From the human T2T-CHM13v2.0 reference genome, Homo sapiens, in NCBI GenBank assembly GCA_009914755.4, contig CP068257.2, forward strand, positions 6,048,001-6,112,000: DNA of 64,000 bases. Reading direction: 5' to 3'. Under the pieces are notes generated by a model. It did not search any database. It saw nothing but the letters and a program-made list of their open reading frames with translations, and was not told where the DNA came from. Each line of letters starts with the position of its first letter. Position 1 is the first letter of the stretch. The translations under genes and the position numbers were made by a program. Of the stretch, positions 28,870 through 48,673 are shown piece after piece.

Positions 28870-31800
28870 CACATCTCTGAAGTGATCAACAAAGTGATGT
28901 AACCCTTGTCTAGGCTCTGCCTACAGGGGCTTTGTGACATAACTCTGCAAGGATCATACAGGTGATGGGGCTTTTGTCTAGGCTCTGACTAAGGGGGCAT
29001 TGTGACATATTTCTGCACTGATCACCCAGGTGACGGACTCTTGTCTTGGATCTGCCTATGGGGACCTTGGGTCATATCTCTGCACTGATAACCCAGGAGA
29101 TGTAACTGTTGTATAAGCTCTGCCTACAGGGGAATTGTGAGAGATCTCGCCACTGATCACCCAAGTGATGTAACTATTGTCTAGGCTTTGCCTACAGGGG
29201 GCTTTGTGAAATAAATTTGCACTGATCACCCAGGTGACGTAACTCATCTAAGTTCTGCTACAGGAGCTTTGTGACATATCTCTGCACTGATCATTTAGGT
29301 GATGTAACACTTTTATAAGCACTGCCTACAGGGAATTTTGAAAAGTCTGCACACTGATCACCTAGGTGATGTAACTCTTGTCTACCCTCTGCCCAAAGGG
29401 CGCATTGTGAAATATCTCTGCACTGATCACCCTGGTGATTCAACTCTTGTCTAGGATCTGCCTAAGGGGGTATTGTGAAATATCTCTGCACTGATCAACT
29501 AGGGGATGTAACTCTTGTCTAGGCTCTGCCTGCAGGGCCGTTTTCACATATCCCTGAACTGATGACAAAGGTGATGTAACTCTTGCCTAGGCTTTGCCCA
29601 CAGGGGACATTGTGACATATCTCTGCACTGATCACCCAGGTGATGTAATTCTTCTCTATGCTCTGCCTACAGTGGATATTGTGACATATCTCTACACTGA
29701 TCACCCAGGTAATGCAACTCTTCTCTATGCTCTGCCTACAGGGGGCATGGTGAAATATCTCTGCACTGATCACCCAGGTGATGTAACTGTTTCCTAGTCT
29801 CTGCCTACAGAGGTTGTTGTAACATCAGTCTGCACGGATCACCCGGGTTATGTAACTATTGTCTAGGCCCTGTGTATTGGGGCATTGTGACTTATCTCTG
29901 CACTGACCACCCAGGAGATGTGACTCTTGTCTAAGCTCTGCCTAGAGGGACATCTGGACATGTCTCTGCACTGATGGCTGAGGTGAAGTAAAAATTGTCT
30001 AGGCTTCGCCTACAGTGGGATTTATGACATATACCTGCACTGATCACCCAGGTGATATAACTCTTGTCTAGGCTCTGCTTACAGGGGGTATTGTGAGATA
30101 TCTCTGCACTGATCACCCAGGTGATGTAACTCTTGTCTAGGCTCTGCCTACAGGAGCATGTTAACAGATCACTGCACTGGTCACCGAGATGATGTAACTC
30201 TTTTGTAGGCTTCGCCGACAGGGGGCATTGAGACATATCTGTGCACTGGTCCCCCCCCGAGGTGACGTAAATCTTGTCTGGGGTCTGCTTACAGGGGGCA
30301 TTGTGACATATCCCTGCCCTGATCACCCAGGTGATGTAACACTTGTCTAGGCTGTGACCACAGAGGGATTGAGATATATCTCTGCACTGATCCCGAGGTG
30401 ATACAACTCTTGCCTTATCTCTGCCTACTGGGGACATTGTGACATAACTCTGCACTGATCTCCCAGGTTCAGTAACTTTAGTCTATGCTCTGGCTACAAG
30501 GCATCATGACAAATCACTGCACTGATCACCCAGGTGATATAACTCTTGTCTATGCTCTGCCTACAGGGGGCCTGTGAAATATTTCTGCACTGATCACCCA
30601 GGTGATATAATTCTTCTTTAGGATCTGACTACAGGGTGCTTTGAGACATATCTCTACAATGATCACCCAGGCGATATACCACTTGTCAAGGCTCTGCCTA
30701 CAGGGGCATTGCGATGTATCTCTGCACTGATCACCTAGGTCATGTAACTGTTGTCTAGGCTCTGGCTACAGTGGCATTGTGACATATTTCTGCACTGATC
30801 ACCCAGGTGATGTAACGCTTGTCTAGGATCTGCCTAAAGTCACTTTGTGACATATACCTGCATTGATCATCCATGTGATGGGGCTGTTGTATAGGCTCTG
30901 CCTAAGGGGGCATTGTGACATATTTCTGCACTGACCACCCAGGTGATGGACTCTTTTCTTGGATCTGCCTATGGGGGCATTTTGACATATCTCTGCACTG
31001 ATCACCCAGGTGATGTAACTGTTGTAGAAGCTCTGCCTACAGGGGAATTGTGAGAGATCTCGCCACTGATCACCCAAGTGATGTAAATATTGTCTAGGCT
31101 TTGCCTACAGGGGGCTTTGTGACATACCTTTGCACTGATCACCCAGGTGATGTAACTCATCTAAGTTCTGCTACAGGAGCTTTGTGACATATCTCTTCAC
31201 TGATCACTTAGGTGATGTTACACTTTTATAAGCACTGCTTACAGGGAATTTCGACAAATCTCGGCACTGATCACGTAGGTGATGTAACTCTGGTCTACCC
31301 TCTGCCCAAAGGGGGCATTGTGAAATATCTCTGCATTGATCACCCAGGTGACTCAACTCTTGTCTAGTATCTGCCTACAGGGGATATTGTGAAATATCTC
31401 TGCACTGATCAACTGGGTGATGTAACTCTTGTCAAGGCTCTGCCTACCAGGGCGTTTTCACATATCCCTGAACCGATGACAAAGGTGATGTTACTCTTGC
31501 CTAGGCTTTGACTACAGGGGACATTGTGACACATCTCTGAACTGATCAACCAAGTGATGAAACTCTTTTCTAGGCTCTGCCTACAGGGGCTTTGTGACAC
31601 ATCTCTGCACTGATCACCCTGGGGAGGGAACTCTTGTCTACGCTCTGCCTACAGGAGGCTTTATGACTTATACCTGCACTGATAACCTAGTTGATGTAAC
31701 AATTGTCTAGGCTCTACCTACACGGGAATTCTCCCATATCTCTGCACTGATCACCCAGGTGATGTAACTCCTCTCTAGGTTCAGCCTTCAGGAGAGTTTT

Positions 31801-32394
31801 GACATATCTCTGCACTGATAACCCAGGTGATGTAACACTTGTCTAAGCTCTGCCTACAGGGGCATTGTGACAGATCTCGCCACGGCTCACCAAGGTGATG
31901 TAACAATTGTGTGGGCTTTGCCTTCAGGGGGCTTTGTGATATAGATTTCCACTGATCAAAGAGGTGATGTAACTCTTGTCAAGGTTCTGCTTAAAGGGGC
32001 TTTGTGACATATCTCTGCACTGAACACCCCAGGGAGGAAACAGTTGTATACACTCTGCCTACAGGAGGCTTTACCACTTATCCATTCCCTGATCACTGGG
32101 TGACATAACACTTGTCTTGGCTCTGACTACACGGGAATTTTCACATATCTCTACACTGATCACCTAAGTGATGTAACCCTTGTCTAGGTTCAGCCTACTG
32201 GGGATTTCTGACATACATTTGCACTGATCACCGAGGTCATGTAAATCATTTCCAGGCTTTTTGTACAGGGGACATTGTGATACATCTCTGCACTGATCAC
32301 CTAAATAAGGCAAATCATCTCCAGGCTCCACAGGGAGGGGGCATTGTGATATATTTCTGAACTGATCATCCAGGAGATGTAACTATTCTCCAGG
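28869..32394 (+). repeat. Beta-satellite block, orientation A, 3.5 kb.
   Basis: 28880-29650 matches 2400-3150 with deletions. 31540-32394 is the conserved 3' flank, with variant monomers at 31612 and 32025. Confidence 0.85.
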
Positions 32395-33119
32395 CTTTGA
32401 CTAAAGATCGTCGTAAGGTGGTGGGAGAAACTCAGCCGGAATTTCAAGGACGGACAAGGGCACAGAGAGGCCAGTGGGCTCCCTTGCACATCAGCCGGGG
32501 TACGCAATGAGTGCAGGTCTAGCCAGGAGGACTGCTAAGAGTGCTAGAAGTCTGCGTTCCGCCCCCAGGCGCTCCATGGTGGCAGCTGGGAGGCTGCAGG
32601 GGAACGCGCGGGCCGGCTATGGTGGCATGGAGGTGCAGAGGATGCAAGCCACCGAAGGGAAGTCAGGAAAGGACGCTGCGTGGGCCCAGTGTTTCGCGGG
32701 ACGGGGGTCTCCACCCAGGCCAGGGGAGTGCGCTTTTTCCGGGGGTGGGGTGTGGGGGTGGGAGGGGGTGGTCAGGCGGGGGTGGGGTGGTGGAAAGGCA
32801 TGAGACCTCTTCCCGGGCTGCTCCCACAGCCCAGGCGGCTGCCCGCAAACCCGCGCGTGTGCAGTAGGCGGCCCACCTGCTGGTACCTGGGAGGGCTCTG
32901 GGATCCCCGGGATGACCAGGAAATAATGGCAGTTCTCCGCTGTGTGGAGTCTCTCAACGGGCCTAGACCTAGAAGTCAGGAATCTCAGGCGGGTCAGACC
33001 GGTTGAGGGGGCGGGGGGAAGACACGGCCCTCATTAGCCAGCCAGGTGTTCCCCGCGAAAGAGAGGCAAGCGCCCTGCCAGGATCCGATCCCGTCCCAAC
33101 CCCGCGACCTAAAGCTCCT

Positions 33120-33960
33120 GAGCAGAGCCCGGTATTCTTCCTCGCTGAGGGGTGCTTCCAGCGAGGCAGCCTCTTCCAAGACCTCCAGCTCCCCCGGGGC
33201 CTCCATTTCTAGGAAAGGTTGCGCCAGCTGCAGAAACTCTGCGCTCTCCAGGAGCTCATCCAGCAGCACACTGGAGGGGAATGCAGAAGAGCGCCCTGGC
33301 TCCTGGAGTGCCTGGGAGGGTGCCGGGATGCCTAGGATCTGCCACTGCCGGGCAGAGGCCTCTGGGGCATGGGCTGGCGAGGTGGGGATGCCCTGGCTTG
33401 GGGTTCCCACGCCGCCCCGGCGACCTGCGGACACCGGCCACAACCCCATGATGGACTCCCCTGGGACGCAGGTGGCGCAAGGACACCTTGGCCCTGTGGG
33501 CCCGCCTGAGCGGGCCCAGGCTGTCCCACCGCGCAAGGGCCCAGCAAGCTGTCGCGCTGCGAGTCTCGGTCCTCCCGGCTTTTGCCCAGGTGCGGAGGCC
33601 ACCAAGGAGCCTGAGGATCGGAGAACGCCACTTCCAGAGGAGACAGGGCGGCGTAGGCAAAATCCCCGCATGCCGGGGAAGGTTGGGAGATCCCCTCTGC
33701 TGGCGCAGTCTGGCTGGGCTGGAGCACGGGGATGGCCCTCGCTCCCTGGCTCACAAAAGAACCCTGTGGGAGATCCCCAGGTGTGCAGGGCACGTGGGAT
33801 GCGGGAAGCCCCGTTCCCCATGCGCCGGTGTGGGCGAAGTGGACCCAGAAGGGAGCAGGGTGACAGCCACCGGGGGAGGCATTGTACGGGCCGCCTGCCT
33901 GCACGGGCACCCTACCCGCCTCTCCCGGGTGCCTGGTCCTTCGATTCTGAAACCAGATAT
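33120..33960 (-). pseudogene. DUX4L: DUX4-like 3' fragment (homeobox 2 through the C-terminus). It is truncated upstream at the inversion junction and has a frameshift in the final LLEEL.
   Basis: ORF 32994-33821(-): ...[60 protein letters not shown] is at ~33958. Confidence 0.8.
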
Positions 33961-33980
33961 CACTCCTGGTATCCGGGCTG
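33940..33980. other. Inversion breakpoint inside E6, within DUX4L homeobox 2. It is the centre of a diverged palindrome.
   Basis: ...CCTTCGATTCTGAAACCAGATAT | CACTCCTGGTATCCGGGCTGGGTGGAGACC. The second part is the reverse complement of the D4Z4-like distal-end sequence. Confidence 0.8.
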
Positions 33981-34297
33981 GGTGGAGACCAATGTCCCGG
34001 GAAACACCGGGCTTGCCCAGCATCCAGGCCTGACACCCCTCTGGCGGCTCGCCTCCTCTGCACCTCCACGCCACCGTCGCCGGCCCGCCTGTACACCTGC
34101 AGCCTCCCAGCTGCCACCATGGAGCTCCTGGCGGCGGAACTCAGACCTCTAGCTGTCTTTGCCGGCCTCCTGGCTAGACCTCTGATCATTGCGCACATCT
34201 GCTGACATGCAAGGGAGCCAGCTGGCCTCTCTGTGCCCTTGTCTGTCCGTGAAATTCCAGAGGAGGCTCTCCCAACACTTTCTGACACTCTTTAGTC

Positions 34298-37200
34298 AAA
34301 GCCTGGAGAATAGTTACATCTCCTGGATGATCAGTTCAGAAATATGTCACAATGCCCCCTCCCGGTGGAGCCTAGAGAAGATTTGCATCATTTGGGTGAT
34401 CAGTGCAGAGATATATCACAATGTTCCCTGTACAAAAAGCCTGGAAACGATTTACATCACCACTGTTATCAGTGCATAGGTATGTCAGAAATCCCCAGTA
34501 GGCTGAACCTAGGCAAGGGTTACATCACTTAGGTGATCAGTGTAGAGATATGTGAAAATTCCCGTGTAGACAGAGCCTAGACAACTGTTACATCACCTAG
34601 TGATCAGTGCAGGGATACGTCATTAAGCCTCCAGTAAGCAGAGTGTACACACCTGTTTCCTCCCTGGGGTGATCAGTGCAGATATGTTACAAAGCCCCTG
34701 TAAGCGTAACCTTCACAAGGGTTACATCACCTGTTTGATCAGTGGAAATGTATATCACAAAGCCCCCTGTAGGCAAAGCCCAGACAATTGTTACATCACC
34801 TGGGTGAGCAGTGGAGAGATCTGTCACCATGCCCCTGTAGGCAGAGCTTAGAAAAGGGTTGCATCACCTGGTTGATCCATGCAGAGATATGTGAAAATTC
34901 TCCTGTAGGCTGAACCTAGACAATAGTACCATCACCTGGGTGATAAGTGCAGAGATATCTCACAAAGCCCCTGCAGGAGGAGCCAAAAAAGTGTTACATC
35001 ACCTGGGTGATCAGAGCAGAAATATGTCACAAAGCCCCTGTAGGCCGAGCCTAGACAAGAGTTACATCTCCTGGGTCATCAGTGCAAAGATATGTCACAA
35101 AGCCCCGTGTAGACAAATCCCAGAGAATTGTTATGTCACCTGGGTGATCAGTGGAGATATCTGTCACAATTCCCCTTTAGGCGCAGCTTAGACAAGCGTT
35201 ACATCACATGAGTGATCAGTGCGGAGATATGTCACTATGCCCCCATAGGCAGATCCAAGAATAGAGTCCATCACCTGGGTGATCACTGCAGAAATATGCC
35301 ACAACGCTGCCAGTAGGCAGATATAGACAAGCGTTACATCACCTGGGTGATCACTGCAGACATATGTCACAATGCCCCTGTAGGCAGACCCTAGACAAGA
35401 ATCCCATCACCTGGGTGATCACTGCAGAATTATGTCACAATGCCCCCTTTTGGCAGAGCCTAGACAAGGGTTACATCACATGGGTGATCAGTGCAGAGAT
35501 GTGTCACAAGCACCCTGTAGCCAGAGCCTAGACAACTGTTACATCAGCTGTGTGATCTGTGCAGTGACATGTCACAATGTCCCTGTAGCCATATCCTTGA
35601 GAAAAGTGACATCACCTGGGTGATCAGTGAGGAGATATGACACAATGTCTCCAGTAGACAGAGCCTAGACAAGAGTTACATTACCTGGGTGATCAGGGCA
35701 GAGATATGTCACAATGCCCCCTGTAAGCAGATCCCAGACAAGAGTTGCATCACCTCGGTGATCAGTGCAGAGATATGTCTCAATGCCCCCTGTCCACGAA
35801 GCCTATGCAAGAGTTACATCATCTCGGTGATCAGTGCAGTGATATGTTAAAATGCCCCTGTAGGCAGAGGCCAGACAAGTGTTACATCTCCTGGGTGATC
35901 AGTGCAGAGATATGTCACAATACCACCTGTAAGCAGAGCCTAGACAAGAGTTACATCACCTGGGTGATCAGTGCAGGGATATGTCATAAATACCACTGTA
36001 CATAAAGCCTAGACAAGTTTTACATCACCTCAGCGACCAGTGCAGAGATGTGTTCCAATGTCCCTCTAGGAAGAGCTTAGTCAAGTGTCACATCTACTGG
36101 GTGATCAGTGCAGAGATAAGTCACAGTGACCCCGTAGGCAGAGCCTAGAGTTACATATCCCGGGTGATCCGTGCAGAGTGATGTCACAACGCCCTCTGTA
36201 GGCAGAGACAAGAAAACAGTTACATCACCTGGGTGATCAGTGCAGAGATACGTCACAATGCTCCATGTAGGCAGAGCATAGAGAAGAGTCGCATCACCTG
36301 GGTGATCAGTGCAGAGATATGTCGCAATGTCCCCTGTAGGCAGAGCATAGAGAAGAGATGCATCACCTTTGTCATCAGTTCAGTGACATGTGAAAACGCC
36401 CCGGTAGGCAGAGCCTAGACACTATTTACATCAACTAGTTGATCAGTGCAGAGATATCTCACAATACCCCCTGTAGGCAGATCCTAGACAAGAGTTGAAT
36501 CACCTGGGTGATCAGTGCAGAGATATTTCACAATGAACCCTTTTGGCTGAGGGTAGACAAGAGTTACATCAGCTAGGTGATCAGTGCAGAGATTTGTCAA
36601 AATTCCCTGTAGGCAGTGCTTATAAAAGTGTTACATCACGTAAGTGATCAGTGAAGAGATATGTCACAAAGCTCCTGTAGGCAGAACTTAGATGAGTTAC
36701 GTCACCTGGGTGATCAGTGCAAAGGTATGTCACAATGCCACTTTAGGCAGAGCCTATACAAGAGTTACATGACCTAGGTGATCAGTGCAGAGATACCTTG
36801 CAATGTCCCTGTAGGCAGAGCCTTGACAAGTGGTACGTCACCTGGGTGATCATTGCAGGGATATGTCACAAAGCACCCTGTAGGCAGATCCTAGAATATA
36901 GTTACATCACCTGGTTGATCAGTGCACAGATATGTCACAATGCCACTTTAGGCAGAGCCTATAAAAGAGTTACATGACCTAGGTGATCAGTGCAGAAATA
37001 TGTCACAATGTCACTGTAGGCAAACCTAGACAAGTGTTACATGACCTAGGTGATCAGTGCAGAGATATATCACAATGCTCCTGTAGGCAGAGCCTTTACA
37101 AGTGGTATATCACCTGGGTGATCATTGCAGGGATATGTCACAAAGCACCCTGTAGGCAGATCTTAGAGAAAAGTTATATCATCTGGGTGATCAGTGCAGA

Positions 37201-38367
37201 GATATGTCACAAGCCCCCTCTAGGCAGAGCCTAGACAAGAGACATATCACCTGGGTGATCAGTGCAGTGATATGTCACAATGCCGTGTAGCCAGAGCCTT
37301 GACTAAAGTTACAGCAGCTGGGAGATCAGTGCAGAGGTATGTCACAACGTCCCCTGTAGGCAGAGACCAGGCAAGAGTTGGATCACCTTGGGATCAGTGC
37401 AGAGATATGTCTCAATCCCCCTGTGGGCACATCCTAGACAAGAGTTACATCAGCTCGGTTAACAGTGCAGAGTTGTCAACATGTCCCTGTAGGCAGAGCC
37501 TACACAAGTGTTACATCACTTAGGTGATCATTGCAGAGATATGTCACAATGCCCCCTGTGAGCAGAGCCTAGACAAGTGTTACATCACCTGGGTGATCAG
37601 TGCAGACATAAGTGACAAGGCGCCTTTAAGCAGTGCCTAGAAAAAAGTTTCATAACCAGAGTGATCAGTGCAGAGATCTCTCACCATGCCCCTTTAGGCA
37701 GAGCTTAGACCAGAGTTACATCACCTGGGTGATCAGTGCAGAGATATGTCACAATGCCCCCATAGGCAAGTACAAGACAAGAGTCCATCACCTGGGTGTT
37801 CATTGCAGAAATATGTGACAAAGCCCCCAGTAGGCAGAGCCCACAGAATAGTCCCATCACCTGGGTGATCAGTGCAGAGATATTTCACAATATCTCTGCC
37901 CTGCAGGCAGAGCGTAAGCAAGAGTTATGTCACCTAGATGATCAGTGCAGAGATATGTCACAAGGGCCCCTATAGGCATAGCCTGGACAAGAGTTACATC
38001 ACCTCGGTGATCAATGCAGTGATATGTCACTATGCCCCATAGGCAGAGCCTAGTCAAGCGTTACATCACCTGGGTGATCAGTGCAGAGTTATGTCACAAA
38101 GCCCCCATGCACAGTGCCTAGACAAGAGTCCCATCACCTGGGTGATCAGAGCAGAAATATGTCACAATGCCTCCATAGGCAGATCCAACACAAGAGTTAC
38201 ATCACCTGGGTGATCAGTGTAGAGATATGTCACAATGCCCCCATAGGCAGAGCCTAGACAAAAGTCCCATCACCTGGGTGATCAGTGCAGAGAATATCTC
38301 AAAGCCCCTGTAGGCAGAGCCTTGACAAGTGTTACATCACTTTTTTGATCAGTTCAGAGATGTGTCA

Positions 38368-38368
<1 letters not shown>
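34298..38368 (-). repeat. Beta-satellite block, orientation B, 4.1 kb.
   Basis: Begins with the conserved 3'-flank sequence (CTTTAGTCAAAGCCTGGAGAATAGTTACATC...). This is the inverse of 31540-32394. Confidence 0.85.
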
Positions 38369-41154
<2,786 letters not shown>

Positions 41155-41155
<1 letters not shown>

Positions 41156-44100
41156 ATAGTTACATCTTCCTAGATGATCAGTTCAGAAATATGTCACAAT
41201 GCCCCCTCCCTGTGGAGTCTAGAGAAGATTTGCATCATTTGGGTGATCAGTGCAGAGATATATCACAATGTCCCCTGTACAAAAAGCCTGGAAATGATTT
41301 ACATCATCTAAGTGATCAGTGCATAAGTATGTGAGAAATCCCCAGTAGGCTGAACCTAGACAAGGGTTACATCACTTAGGGGATTAGTGTAGAGATATGT
41401 GAAAATTCCCATGTAGACAGAGCCTACACAAGTGTTACATCGCCTAGTGATCAGTGCAGGGACAAGTCGTAAAGCCTCCTGTAGGCAGAGTACAGAAAAG
41501 TGTTTCCTACCTGGGGTGATCAGTGCAGAGACATGTCACAAAGCCCCTGTAAGCAGAAAATTGACAAGGGTTACATCAGCTGTTTGATCAGTGGAAATGT
41601 ACATCACAAATCCCCCTGTAGGCAAAGCCGAGACAATTGTTACGTCACCTGGGTGAGCAGTGGAGAGATCTGTCACAATGCCCCTGTAGGCAGAGCTTAG
41701 ACGAGGGTTACATCACCTGGGTGATCAGTGCAGAGATATTTCAAAACGCTCCTGAAGGCTGTACCTAGACAGGAGTTACATCAACTGGGTTATCAGTGCA
41801 GAGATATGTGAGAATTCCCGTGTAGGCAGAGTCTAGACAAGTGTTACATCACCTAGATTATCAGTGCAGGTATAAGTCGTAAAGATTCCTGAAGGCAGAG
41901 TGTAGAAAAGAGTTCCCTCCCCAGGGTGATCAGTGCAGAGATGTGTCACAAAGCCCCTGTAGGCAGATCCTAGACAAGAGTTTCATCACATGGTTGATCA
42001 GTTCAGAGATGTGTCACGATGTCCATGTAGGCAGATCTAAGACAAGTGTCCATCACCTGGGTGATCAGTGCAGAGATATGAACCAATGTCCCCTGTAGGC
42101 AGTGCCTAGACAAGAGTTGCATCACCTCAGAGATCAGTGCATAGACATGTCACAAAGCGTTCTGTAGGCAATGCCCATACAAGGCTTACATCACCTAGGT
42201 GATTAGTGCAGTGATGTCACAAAAATCCCTGTAGACAGAGCCTAGACAATACTTACATCACCTGGGTGATCAGTGCAGATATTTGACACAATGCCCCTAT
42301 AGACAGAGCTTAAACAAGACTTCCATCACCTGGGTGATCATTGCAGACATATATCACAAATCCCCCTCCAGGCAGAGTATAGAGAAGAGTCCCATCACCT
42401 GGGTGATCAGTGCAGATATATTTCACAATGCACCCTGTAGGCAGAGAGGGGAGAAGAGTTACATAACCTAGGTGATCTGTGCAGAGCTATGTCAAAACGC
42501 TCCAGTAGTAAGAGCCTGGATAAACGTTACATCACCTGGGTGATCAGTGCAGAGATACGTCACAATACACCCTGTAGGTGTAGCCAAGACAACAGTTACA
42601 TCACCTGGGTGATCAGTGCAGAGATACGTCACAATACACCCTGCAGGTGTAGCCTAGACAACAGTTACATCACCTGAGTGTTCAGTGCAGAGATACATCA
42701 CAATACCCCTTGTAGGTGGAGCCTAGACAAGAGTTACATCACCTGGGTGATCAGTGCAGAGATATATCACAAAGCCCCTGTAGGCAGAGCCTAAAGAACA
42801 GTTACATCCCCTGGGTGATCAGTGCAGAAATATGACACAAAGCCCTTTATGCGGAGCCTAGACAACAGTTACATCTCCTGGGTGATCAGTGCAAAGATAT
42901 GTCACAAAGCCCCCTGTAGACAAATCCCAGAAAATTGTTACATCACCTGGGTGATCACTGGAGATATCTGTCACAATTCCCCTTTAGGCACAGGTTACAC
43001 AAGCGTTACATCACATGAGTGACCAGTGCAGAGATATGTCACTATGGCCCATAGGCAGATCCAAGACAAGAGTCCATCACGTGGGTGATCAGTGCAGAAA
43101 TATGCCATGATGCCACCAATAGGCAGATATAGACAAGAGTTACATCACCTGCGTGATCACTGCAGAGATATTTCACAATGGCCCTGTAGGCAGAGCCTAA
43201 ACAAGAGTTACATCACCTGGGTGATCAGGACAGAGTTATGTCAGAATGCCCCCTGTAAGCAGATCCCAGACAAGAGTTGCATCACCTCGGTGATCAGTGC
43301 AGAGATATGTCTCAATGCCCCCTGTTGGTGAAGCCTATACAAGAGTTACATCATCTCGGTGATTAGTGCAGTGATATGTTAAAATGCCCCTGTAGGCAGA
43401 GCCTAGACAAGAGTCCCATCACCTGGGTTATCAGTGCAGATTTATTTCACAATGCCCCTTTTGGAAGAGCCTAGACAAGGGTTACATCACCTGGTTGATC
43501 AGTGCAGAGATGTGTCACAAGCCCCCTGTAGCCAGAGCCTAGACAAGAGTTACATCAGCTGTGTGATCAGTGCAGTGACATGTCACAATGCCCCTGTAGC
43601 CATATCCTTGACAAAAGTGACATCACCTGGATGATCAGTGCGGAGATTTGTCACAATGTCTCCAGTAGGCAGAGCCTAGACAAGAGTTACATTACCTGGG
43701 TGATCAGGGCAGAGATATGTCACAATGCCCCCTGTAAGCACATCCCACACAAGAGTTGCATCACCTCGGTGATCAGTGCAGCCATATGTCACAATGCCTC
43801 CTGTAGGCAGAGCACAGAGAAGAGTTGCATCACCTGGGTGGTCAGTGCAGAGATATGTCACAATGTCCCCTGTTGGCAAAGCCTAGGCAAGAGTTACATC
43901 ACCTTTGTCATCAGTTCAGGGATATGTGAAAACGCCCCTGTAGGCAGAATATAGACAAGGGTTACATCACATAGTTGATCAGTGCAGAGATATTTCACAA
44001 TACCCCCTGTAGGCAGGTCCTAGACCAGAGTTGAATCACGTGGGTGATCAGTGCAGAGATATTTCCCAATGCCCCTTTTGGGTAGAGGGCAGACAAGAGT

Positions 44101-45898
44101 TACATCACCTAGGTGATCAGTGCAGAGATTTGTCAAAATTCCCTGTGGACAGAGCTTATAAAAGTGTTACATCACCAAAGTGATCAGTGCAGAGATATGT
44201 CACAAAGCTCCTCTAGGCAGAACTTAGATGAGTTACATCACCTGGGTTCTCACTGCAAAGGTATGTCACAAAGCCCCCTGTAGGCAAAGCCTAGACAATA
44301 GTTACATCACTTGGGTGATCAGTGGCGAGTTCTCTCACAATTCCCCTGTAGGCAGAGCTTATACAACAGTTACATCCCCGGGGTGATCAGTGCATACATA
44401 TGTCCCAATGCCCCCATAGGCAGATCCAAGACAAGAGTCCGTCACTTCGGTGATCCGTGCAGAAATATGTCACAATGCCCCCTTAGGCAGAGCTGAGACA
44501 AAAGCCTCATTACCTGGATGATCACTGCAGAGTTATGTCACAAAGTCACTTTAGGCAGAACCTAGACATGGGTTACATCACTTGGATGATCATTGCAGAG
44601 ATATGTCACAATGCCACTGTAGGCAGAGCCTCGACAAGAATTACATGACCTAGGTGATCAGTGCAGACATACATAGTAATGTCCCTGTAGGCATAGCCGT
44701 AACAAGTGGTACATCACCTGGGTGATCGTTGCAGGAATATGTCACAAAGCACCCTGTAGGCAGATCCTAGAAAAGAGTTACATCACCTGTATGATCAGTG
44801 CCGAGATATGTCACAATGCCACTGTAGGCAGAGCCTAGAGAAGAGTTATATCACCTGGGTCATAAGTGCAGTGATATGTCACAATGACGTGTAGGCGCAG
44901 CCTAGACAAAATTTAGAGCACCTGGGAGGTCAGTGCAGAGATATGTCACAATGTCCCCAGTAGGCAGAGACCAGACAAGAGTTGCATCACCTAGGAATCA
45001 GTGCAGAATATGTCTCAATCCCCCTGTGGGCACAGCCTAGAGAAGAGTTACAACACTTCGGTTAACAGTGCAGAGATATGTCAAAATGCCCCTGTAGGCA
45101 GAGCCTACACGAGTGTTACTTCACTTAGGTGATCAATGCTGAGATATGTCACAATACATCCTGTAAGCAGAACCTAGACAAGAGTTACATCACCTGGGTG
45201 ATAAGTGCAGAGATATGTGACAAAGCCCCTTTAAGCAGAGCCTAGACAATAGTTACATCACCTGGGTCATCAGTGCAGAGATATCTCACAATGCCCCTAT
45301 AGGCAAATCTAGTAAAATATACTGTCACCTGGGGAATCAGTGCAGAAATATGTGACAATGCCCCCAGTAGGCAGAGCCTAGAGAAGAGTGCCATCACCTG
45401 GATGATCAGTGCAGAGATATTTCACAATGCCCCTGCAGGCAGAGCATAAGCAAGTGTTACATCACCTAGATGATCAGTGCAGAGATATGTCACAAGGCCC
45501 CCTATACAAAGAGCCTGGACAAGAGTTACATCACCTCGGTGATCCATGCAGTGATATGACACTATGCCCCGTAGGCAGAGCCTAGTCAAGCGTTACATCA
45601 CCTGGGTGATCAGTGCAGATATGTCACAAAGCCCCCATACACAGAGCCTAGACAAGAGTCCCATCACCTGGGTGATCAGTGCAGAAATATGTCACAATAC
45701 CCCCATAGGCAGATCGAACACAAGAGTTACATCACCTGTGTGATCAGTGTAGAGATATGTCACAATGCCCCCATAGGCAGAGCCTAGAGGAAAGTCCCGT
45801 CAGCTGGGTTATCAGCGCAGAAATATGTCACAAAGCCCCTGTAGGCAGAGCCTAGACAAGGGTTACATCACTTTGTTGATCAGTTCAGAGATGTGTCA

Positions 45899-45899
<1 letters not shown>
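41155..45899 (-). repeat. Beta-satellite block, orientation B, 4.7 kb.
   Basis: 68-bp monomers. 42283-42471 matches 49870-50070 and 63118-63306. Confidence 0.85.

Positions 45900-48672
<2,773 letters not shown>

Positions 48673-48673
<1 letters not shown>

Larger units (their letters stand above)
32394..34298 (-). repeat. D4Z4-like element E6, truncated and rearranged, 1.9 kb. It comprises the distal end plus the DUX4 C-terminal region and homeobox 2 on the minus strand (32394-33960), followed by an inverted copy of the distal ~340 bp (33960-34298).
   Basis: The left end, 32394-32740, resembles the reverse complement of 33960-34298 at ~85% identity. The ORF 33332-34288(-) reads the inverted arm ([30 protein letters not shown]...) fused in frame to [17 protein letters not shown]. 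Confidence 0.85.
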
